DNA of 64,000 nucleotides, from assembly GCA_951406725.2 (NCBI GenBank), contig OX597817.1, positions 73,966,001-74,030,000 of the forward strand, written 5' to 3'. A program made the position numbers and the translations under genes. The stretch comes from Octopus vulgaris. Lineage: Eukaryota. Within the stretch, counting starts at the first letter, position 1. Each line of letters begins with the position of its first letter. The notes under the pieces were generated by a model. The model was not told the origin of the DNA. It did no database searches and worked only from the letters and a program-made list of their open reading frames with translations. Below, one piece after another: positions 54,275-64,000 of the stretch.

Positions 54275-55499
54275 TCATACACACAGATGCACTCCTACAA
54301 TCCCAGTTTGTATTGCATACATTTCAAAACGATGACTTGATTAATGAATTTTTCAGTGATTCACCCACTCGGCAATAGGCCTAGGGATGACTGCACGTAT
54401 GGCTGGCTGCTTTGCTGACAGGAAAATTCGGTGGTTGGCTGGTTGCTGATCGGTATCTTGATTACTGGCTAGTCTAGACTGGAAGTGAAATCGGTTAGCT
54501 GGATAGCTGGTACTTGTAGATGGCGTCTGGCTGACTGGCTTTCAAGCTTGAGTCAACGAACCTAATTCGAATTCCAGAAGACAAAGTGGGCGGTCAAGCT
54601 AACGATGGAATATCTCCGCGCTTGCGAGATTTACGAAGGCAATGCTTTATCAAATACCACCTTACCGTTTAAAAAAGTACCAGAATAAAAACAAACAGTA
54701 CACATTAGATAATTTTGTCCAGTATTTGTTTATGTCTGGAGCTAAATAATTACAGCTAGTGTATACTCCACAAATCGCTGAGTTGTTTACTGTCTCTCGC
54801 TTGCAACAGCTTTTTTTTTTTTCTTTTTATAATCGACAGGAAGAAAATGTAGAAGAAACAAAGGAATAGGTGAAAATGTGAACGAATGAAGGTGATCGAA
54901 CGATTGAGCGAAAGGATAAATCAAATGCCCTACATACGATACATACATAGGGTCAGACTGAACAACATGGAGATAGAAAACGGAGCAGGGTTAATAAGAA
55001 ATTTTGAAGACGCATTACAATAATACTTACAACGGAAGTTCCAAAAACAAGTTATCATCTGTGAATAATCTACTGTTACCGTTATAATTATGTTTAGTAA
55101 AAAATACATTAAGAAATGATTGCGTTTAGAATGCACTACCCGGAAACTGACAGAAAGATTATTCTTTCTAAAGGAAGAACGATGAATTGATAAATTACGC
55201 GAAACGAAATAAAGACAAAAAAAAAAACAAGATGGTAAATATCGACAAACGCTTTTCTTTGACAACAGCAAACAGACTTCTGCATGAAGAGTACACCAGA
55301 TACTCACTGAACAGTTAACCAATTCTGCAAGTGATCTCCCCAAACCGAATTATCCGGTTGTTTCCGATAAAATATGAAACAACTTGTTTGTTTACATGTA
55401 CTTGGGTTGATGTCACATTGGAAAGAAAGTCACTTACTAAATGATTTCAAGTAAGAGGATGTAGATATGGTACACAAACACAAACTCACTAGGATTTCA

Positions 55500-57010
55500 G
55501 TGACGCATACACTTGCGTTCCTTGTTGATGGTTAGGAGGGATACGCAGCTTTCGGTCGACACGGATACATCGGGGTGGAACCACTAGCGTAGCTAGAATG
55601 TGTGCCGCTTGGGACGGCCCTTCCGTTTGCCGCCCCCGGGGCGGTCCGCCTTTACCGCCCTCCCCTAGCTACGCTAGTAGGTGGAACTGCTGTTTTGGAA
55701 AGATGGAACGAACGATCTTGCTGATCCTAAATTGGTGATTCTGGTAATCAGAAGCAGCGAAGACAATACTTTTGGGATGGAGCTGCTCATACTGCAACTG
55801 AAGCTGGATGGATACACACATTACTCGCTAGTGTCTGTGTGTGACTAAAAAGGGATCGTGACTGTTTGCTGGGATTGTATAACATGATTTATAGTAGAGG
55901 GGTTTTAAAAGCCTGCTAAAACTGTTCAGACATTTTCAACAGTCTGGTAGGCGCTGAGTGAATTTTTCGATTAGGCCAATGTGAACTTCTACAAATCGTG
56001 TCTGGTACGGTAGCATCAACCGACAACGATAGCGTACGGTGTACACAATTTTGTTTGTGATCTTTTCAGTCAAACAAGATAAAAGGCATAAAAATTCTTA
56101 GGTACAGTGTGAGAACCTACAGAACAGAGTTACAGAAATAGTTGAGCCGGATTTGACGAGACGATTGTTAACAACCAGTGAGTCCCTAAGAACAGAACTT
56201 ATATAGTTGTTGTGGTTGCTGTTACCTAAGCGTTTTAGTTGAGCAGGTCTATGATAAAACATTCCAACTATGGCCACTCTATTGTTATTTCAAATATTGC
56301 ACACTTTGCATTTTTTAAGATGGTAGAAGGATTTGGGCGCTATTTTTAGTGTATTGATCGATCACATAGAACCTCTATGATTTGATTGCTCTGTTATAGT
56401 AGAATTGATAGTATTGAACAAAGAGTAACTATAGAAAGTGAGATGATGGTTTGTTTGTTAACAAGAAGCGATTAGAAAATGCATCGTGATTGAAGTATCA
56501 GAGCTGAAAATGAGCCTCGGCCATTTCTTCGACGAGGAACACGTCAAGCTAAGACACGTACTCTCAGTTTTTAGGCAGCAAAAACAATCCAATACATAAT
56601 AGTAGTAGAGAACATAGCGTGGCAACAAAGCTAGTTTGGTTGTTAACGGATCACTATAAGCACGTGCTTCAGATTCCAAACAGGCGTCTAAAATCGATTA
56701 ACACTGTCCTAACATTTAATGGAGGTTGTGAAAAGCTGATAAGGACCACTGAGATACGATTGATGGCGAACAGTTATATCCTAAAGTTATATCCTAAAAC
56801 CCTTAGAGTTTTATGGATATGAGCCAGATTTGTTTGTTACAGCCTTAACAAACAGAGACTAAAACGAAAACATTCTTAGATCTGTTAGTCGGAGAATGGT
56901 GGTGTTGCTGAGAAAGAACGGGGAAAAAAAGTTGCGTGGTTATCGATAATTTTCTACCGGTAAGTTCATTGAATACAGCGTTTTAAGATTCCGGGCAAGT
57001 TTCTTAAGGA
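55500..57010 (-). pseudogene. Highly decayed, internally deleted Gypsy LTR-retrotransposon pol
   Basis: Ordered minus-strand relics: TLRVLGY (cf. LDFLGH), SFSQP...DFRRL (cf. DFPQP...FYRRF), LSLT...W..L.FS (RNase H), RFVEVHIGLI (cf. integrase RFxHVHIDLV), SRSLFSH...NVCI, LQLQYE..KVL. Confidence 0.5.
55582..55679. mobile_element. 98-bp GC-rich hAT-type MITE
   Basis: TIR CACTAGCGTAGCTAG / CTAGCTACGCTAGTA; perfect 8-bp TSD GGTGGAAC (55574-55581, 55680-55687). Confidence 0.85.
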
Positions 57011-57569
57011 GAGACTGGTGCTTGTCGTTTGTAATGTGGCGTGGAGTGTTTATACAAGTGCGATTCCCACTGTCTCTATACTGTAGTTCTTGTGCATATT
57101 TGACACTGAAGGATAGTTTAGTATTGATAAATAGTCATCAATTAAGCGGTGACCTCGATGTATACAGTAGTGAACCGATGGTCTCTTTCCTCGCGCGCGC
57201 GCGCGCGTGTGTGTATGTGTGTATTGTATGTGTGTGTGTGCGTGCATGTGTCGAGTCTGAATGAATGCCTGAAAATACACGGGCACGGCACGCCATACAA
57301 CCATGTCCTTCAATTGAATTATCAAAAGCATGAAACTAATAGGAGCTCTCATTTACATCCTGTGCAAAGTAAATGACATTTGTCACTAACTGGACAGATT
57401 ATTATTTTGTTGGTGATCACACCAGTAACGGAAAATTTTTCAACCAAAAGCTTTATATGTGCTTCGAGGTACACGATTAAGAAAAAAAAAAGAAAAAGAA
57501 AGAAAAATAATTATATTAAATTCTGTCGAAAGTTTATAGAATTCTTATGATGTCATGACGTCATATATA

Positions 57570-57786
57570 TACGAGGGGGTGCTAAAAAGTTCCTGTCTTT
57601 GGAAACAAGAATATACAAGAGGATAAGTTAATTATGATTTTATTCAACATATTCCCGTCTCTGATTCACACACTCATTGCAGCGGTCCTTCAGTTTTCCT
57701 AAACCCTGTAAAAGAACTCGGAAGATTGGGCCTCCCATCAAGCTATTCGCAATACCCTTAAAACCAGGAACTTTTCAGCATCCTTC

Positions 57787-57789
<3 letters not shown>
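57570..57789 (-). mobile_element. Mariner-derived MITE, copy 3
   Basis: TA-CGAGGGGGTGCTAAAAAGTTCCTG...CAGGAACTTTTCAGCATCCTTCG-TA; the interior is the reverse complement of copies 1 and 2. Confidence 0.85.
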
Positions 57790-57831
<42 letters not shown>

Positions 57832-57839
57832 CATATACA

Positions 57840-58250
57840 CGACGGGCTTCTTTCAGTTTCTGTGTACCAAAACCACTCACAAGGCTTTGGTCGGCCCGAG
57901 GCTATAGTAGAAGACACTTGCCCAAGGTGTCACGCAGTGGGACTGAACCCGGAACCATGTGGTTGGTAAGCAAGCTACTTACCACACACCCACTCCTGCG
58001 CCTATATGTATATATTCTTTCGCTTGTTTCAGTCATTTGACTGCGGCTATGCTGGAACCCGCCTTTAGTCGAAACAATCGACCTAGAACTTATTCTTTGT
58101 AAGCCTAGTACTTATTTTATAGAGTATCTTTGCCGAACCGCTAAGTTACGGGGAAGTAAACACACCAGCATCGGTTGTCAAGCGATGGTGGGGGGGGACA
58201 AACACAGACACACAAACATATATATATATATGATGGGCTTCTTTCAGTGT
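57840..58250 (-). mobile_element. Two partial SINE family A copies (head half 57840-58003, tail half 58015-58250)
   Basis: Near-consensus head, plus a separate tail segment ending at GGGCTTCTTTCAGT. Confidence 0.85.
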
Positions 58251-58844
58251 GTGTGTCTATATAAATATATAGATTTATGTAAGTTTTAGACACACACACA
58301 CATAAACACATACACACGCGCGCGCGCGCACACACACACGCACATGCATTCGGTATCTCTCACTGTAACTCTTTCCACGGCACATATTTGCGACCGGTAG
58401 GAAGTGTTTGAATTGTTAAGTGCTACAGTTGTTTTTAGTAACACGTAACTTCACAAGATGGCGAAGCCAAGTAATTGATCTTTGTTCTTGCTGACAACGG
58501 AAGTCGGGTGCTGTATCACTCATCGGTAGCTTTTTAAATGTCACTGGGCACCTCCTTCGAGAGTTAAGTATCGTGGTTATGGATACAGCTTTCAGCTGTT
58601 GACAGATTGCGAACCAACGATCTTGTTAACTTGGCTATCCACGCCCCTCGACGGAGAAAACGCAATGGACTGATAGGTACACACACACACACACACACAT
58701 TATAAATATATACCATATGTGACTGTTTCATGATGATGATACTTATGCATATTTCAGTGTTCATGTGTATGTGTGTGTGTATGCGTGTATGTGTATGTAT
58801 GTGAATGTGTGTATGTGTGTGTGTGTTTGTATCTATCTATCTAG

Positions 58845-58887
<43 letters not shown>

Positions 58888-59621
58888 CCTATCTATCTGT
58901 ACATATGATTATCGTCATCATACCATCATGAAAATCCCGTTATCATACCATCATGAAAATCCCGTTATGATGGTTACGACATGGTGTTAGAATGAAAGAA
59001 GATTTCCTCATCAAAATATCTCCACCGAAGAAAAGACCTCGAACATGTCCTTTTCACATGTCCTTTTCACACCAGCCAATGTCAACTTTGAAAATTACTA
59101 AAACTGACACAAAACAGTAAACTGAAGCCTCCGAACAGTTCCAAATGCCACCGATCTATCATCAATGTAGAAGAAAAGCATAATGATCAGAAGTGGGCAG
59201 AGAAATCGAAAAGTGTGTGAACGTAGAGAAACTGCAACTATAATTTGGTACACAGAAAGTTCCATCTCGTAGATACATGAGCTGTATATGAAGCACAGAG
59301 AATATGCATATGAGTTTGGCCAAGCCACGTGTTAAAGGTTAGTCAATAACTAAGGTCAAGCGGTGAGGCATCAAATATTCGCTTATAGTAAGGTGGTAGC
59401 AGTGTGGTAAGAAATCACTCATGGCAAACTAGTACCCGGAATTAAATCACTCTGTCTTGATAATTCGAGTATGTACATGAAAAATGTGTAAGGGTGATGA
59501 ATAGTAGGCAAAAGAGGTGATCATTGAAAAAGTGCAAGTGTATTATTCTACCATAGCCACGGGCAGACCAATGATTTGACAATGTATTTGGTGGACGGAA
59601 ACCGTGTGTAAGCTCGTCGTA

Positions 59622-59717
<96 letters not shown>

Positions 59718-60292
59718 ATATATAGTCACCATGAGGATATTTAGACCTCTTATAGGGATATTTTTATCCAAGATACACTGGTTTAATATATTGTATTTTG
59801 AAGAGATATTTTTCAATCAATATATTACAAATATATTATAAAATATCATAAAATATAAAATATTATTAATAAGTTTGAAAATGGAAAAAGCTAATGGATA
59901 CAAGTTAATTTATTAATTAATTAACATTTTCACCTACAATTATTTCAAATGTCAGCCAAAATTAAAACTACAAAACATATATAAATACATAATCTTGCAT
60001 TTTAAAATACCATGGGTGGAAAATCATCAGGTTGTACAGAAGAAAAATACAAGGATTACATTATGATCTGTTGGAACACTCCATTATACTCAGAATATGT
60101 AATCATGTTTATGTGTATGTGTGTATGTGTATGTTCACTATCTTTTTCTTCTATAATTCCCTTGATGATAGACTGGGGTCTGTTGGAATTGTTCGGGAGC
60201 TTCAGTTTACTGTCTTGTCTCAGTTTTAGTCATTTTCAAAGTTGACATACACATAAATACATACACGTATATCCGTTTTGAAATTTAATAAT

Positions 60293-60327
<35 letters not shown>

Positions 60328-60348
60328 ATGCATATATATATGTGTGTT

Positions 60349-60380
<32 letters not shown>

Positions 60381-60383
<3 letters not shown>

Positions 60384-60760
60384 TACAGAACATCACCAAC
60401 AGTAAACAACATGAAATACGAAAACAAATGTGTTCAATACGCAAACAACGGGAGAAACAAATGGAAAACAGGACAAGTAACATAAAGAACGACACTTCAT
60501 CAGTTGTCGGCTGTCTATCTACTTGTCATTTCGAGTACTGGGCGACAATATGAGTCTTCGAAGACAGTTGCTCCCATAAGTACCAAAATAAAATTTGGGA
60601 TTTATGAAGAGTCAAGGAGACATACAAGGAAGCCGAACGAAAACAAACATGGTGGGTCGTTAGACTAGAACGAGGGTAACATAGCGAACACTGGAGAAAT
60701 ATTTTCTTTGTCAAGAGAGAGATAGGATACATCCAATCTTTAAGACAGTTTTGAAAGCGA
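60381..60760 (-). mobile_element. TA-abutting dispersed element fragment (Penelope-terminus-like)
   Basis: Starts abruptly at (TA)n; the minus strand is T-rich and carries CGAAA (60529-60533) and CTGATGA (60497-60503). Confidence 0.4.
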
Positions 60761-61807
60761 CAAATCTGACGATTTCTATACAGTTGTCAATAGTGGAACA
60801 CGACTGTCACTACACAAACCTAATAATTGCGTAACGCATGAAAGTACTAGTCTATTGAAAGATTATAAAAATTGCAAATAATAAAACGTGAAAATCAGAC
60901 TAACTTGAAATTTCGTTGATTAATATATTCTTCCATACACAATCATACAAGCTCAGATATATATGTGTGTATGTCTTCCGTTTGTGCTTGTCCATCCAAG
61001 CCGCATGACAACCGTTGTTGGTTTGTTTACGTCTCGAGGAGTTTGAGAGAATTTGCATCTGACGTGATCGATAAGTATAGGAGTTCGCTGGAAAGCACTC
61101 ATAATAGAACATTCCCTCAAAACAAACTATTGCTTAAATACACGTGCGCGCACACAACACTCACACAAACACGCGCATGCAAGCACAGGTACACTACACG
61201 CTTAAACAGAGAGAGACAGACACACGCACACATACACACTCATGCACAGATTTACAGTCAAAAAGAACATTGGGTCAAACAAGGGCTTAGTGAAAGGGTA
61301 TCTCATGCTCATACATACACATACACACACACTCTCACACACACGCATGCACACACACACACACACATGATATACATATAGCTATACATGCAACACACAT
61401 ATACTCATATACAGAGACACTGCGACAGAAGCTCATGAGGCACTATTTCATCCACACACGCACACTCGCGCGCGCACACACACATTCATATAGACATATG
61501 CACATATACACTCATCGGCCCATATAAAAAAAGACTGAGAATTAGAGAGAGAGGGGGAGAGAGAAATGGTGACTCAGATACAGAACCATTCACTAATACA
61601 AATTCACTCTCTCTTTCACTCTTGCTTTCTCTCATTCACACATACCCATACACATGCACACTCGCTCGCATACGCATACGAACACACGCGCACACTGACG
61701 CAGAAAAGTAAACTAAATTAAAAACTAGAATTCGAAGCCTAAGAAAAAGATAGCGTATACAATAAATATATAAAAAAGAAAATAGTGAATATCAATAAAA
61801 ATAGGAT

Positions 61808-61889
<82 letters not shown>

Positions 61890-63209
61890 TTATTTATTTA
61901 TTTATTTATAAATAAAATTTTAAAATAGTTTTATAAAATACATAACAATGATTGTTTATATGTAGAACGGATATTATGATTATTTTTATTGCATTTAAGG
62001 ATGATACGATAAGGATCATTGCTTTTGACTTTCAGAACAATTTTTACATAGAAAAAATGTTTTCACATATATTTCTTTATTAATATAATTTTTTTTATTG
62101 ATTTTTGTATTTTGGAAATTGTTTGGTTGTTTTTATTGTTTTAATAATTTGTTTGGTACGTAGTTTGTATGGCGTTTCTTTTTAATTTTAAATACTTCGT
62201 AAACTACCATACTGTATATAATACTCGCATTTTTTTTCACTAAGATCAGAATTAAATTTAGGGGTGTGTTTAATAATGTTTTTACGTTTTTCCCACGCCC
62301 ATTTTTCTTAAGCAAAAAAAGAAAAAAGAAAAAATATACGCTAAGGTAATAAAATTTTATTTATGTTATTAATATTTTTGATTATATATCAATATATTTA
62401 TTATATATCAATATATTTTATATAAAATGAAAATTTAAGAACATCTATTCGGTTATAGCCGATTATCTATATACTGCAGTTGTGCAACACTGCGTATTAT
62501 ATACATAGAATTATGAAGGTTTTGAGATAACTTAAGCCCCGAATCGAGATGCGTATAAAGCATAGTAGCATATTTTATATGAACTTTTGCGGAATTGAAT
62601 AAAAATATTTAAACTGCCCCCCCCCCCACTTCTTTTAATAATACTGAAACATTGAATAAAACTTTCTTTGGATGAAATGTTATAAAGATATTTTACTTCT
62701 CCTACACTTCCTAAGCAAAAGTAGCCCGTACAGAGCGTGGGAATCTCTACATAATTGTATAGAAAGCTAGAAAAAGTAGCCATATTTGCTTCATATCAGA
62801 TACCCAGCAATCTTAAATAAAATGCATATTGGATAAAGTAGTCCTTGATGCAATGGTCATGGCTGTAAAGCTTTGATCATAGGTCTGCTTGATCAAGAGG
62901 GTTAAACAACAAAGCGTCGAACAAAATTCTTTGCGGTATCTGTCTAGGTCCCTTTACACTCTGAATTCAAATCCCAAACGAAGTCTGAATCTGACTAATA
63001 GGAGACGCTTTAAAATAAGAAAGAATTTTTTAAAATTTGTTTTTGCTCTTTCTATTCTAGCAGCAGTTTGAGACAAAGGAGCACCAAACCATTCAGTGCC
63101 AAACCTCGTTTTATTTATCTTTATTTTGGTGGCATTGATAAAGATTTCATTTATTTTTCCGTCGACACTAGTTGTTTCTATCAATGATATATGTGTCTAG
63201 CAGTGACGG

Positions 63210-63640
63210 CTATTTGTGTCGCTTGTAATTACTTCATCCTCCAATTCAAATTTGACACTTTGAGTAGTTGTTCGGGAGGCCAGTCATCTGAAAATGCTGC
63301 TTACGAAGATGGACTTAACCCGCCTCCCACCACTTTTTAAAATATTTTGTACGTAACAGACGGTGTTCCTGAAGAGACCTCATCCCAAGCATACGCGAGA
63401 ATCCTACCAACAAACATATGGTTCAATGTCATGTTATACCCGTCAAAAGTTTTTTGTTCGATTCATTGTGTTGGTTTTTGAGTAGGTCTTTCAGATGGCT
63501 TGACCTTACGCCGTCAGGACTACCGATAGAACCAGATTCCATCGATGTCAAAGCTTTGAGAACGGTGTCGCCGGTCACGCATGAGGCATACAATCAAGCT
63601 TGAACGAGTGGTGTGGTGTAATAAAATCATTGGATAGTTT
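63210..63640 (-). pseudogene. Decayed CRE-clade-like LINE RT N-terminal fragment
   Basis: VLKALTSMESGSIGSPDGVRSSHLKDLL...KLLTGIT...LNHMFVG...KSGGRRVKSIFVSSIFR*LAS (cf. GSAGGPDGLRPQHLKDL...KKDGGIRPIAVG..LRRLAS). Confidence 0.7.
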
Positions 63641-64000
63641 TGTGTTCTTGAATAATTCATTATAAGTTCCATCAGAGAAACCAGCAAGAGATTCAATGAG
63701 ATTCTTTTTGAAGCTCATTTGACACCGAAGTCGGCGAGCTTGGTCTGATCATGGGCGACATGGTTGCTTCCTATCAACAACTGCAGAGATTGCATCTCTT
63801 TCTGTAGGCATCTACCTAATATGGATGGTAATAAGCACACCTGTTGTGACATAATTACTGATTTCATGTTTCGAAATTGTTGTTAGGTTGTCATTTCTAC
63901 AGTCTGTTAGGTTGTCTGGGTGCCACTCATGCGAAGAAGATTAATTTTCGCTAGCTCAGAACATTTTTATCATCGAGTGAGCAGTCATTTATTTAGCCCA

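Noticed and set aside
58915-59070. Short tandem duplications (25 bp and 13 bp; similar at 1263-1300, 13788, 56773, 62380)
   Set aside because: Ordinary slippage duplications.

Overview
AT-rich, microsatellite-saturated eukaryotic DNA. The SINE families and repeat landscape resemble an Octopus/coleoid cephalopod genome (inferred from remembered repeat families, not verified). No intact protein-coding gene is supported: almost all ORFs in the track are translations of (TA)n, (CA)n, (TATG)n or trinucleotide repeats. The window contains two tRNA-type SINE families, decayed LINE fragments (CR1-group, R4/Dong, CRE-like, RTE-like), a decayed Gypsy pol, and many non-autonomous DNA elements (mariner/Tc1, hAT, MULE-like, Helentron-associated, one 1.2-kb foldback), several with readable TSDs and nesting. 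The standout is 45525-46939: a young, near-identical ~429-bp unit present as a tandem array plus an inverted array, embedded in (TA)n. Each full unit carries a type I hammerhead ribozyme, i.e. a retrozyme/Penelope-type self-cleaving RNA element. Its junctions look like twin-primed insertion from a multimeric or circular RNA. Coordinates of degenerate elements are approximate.
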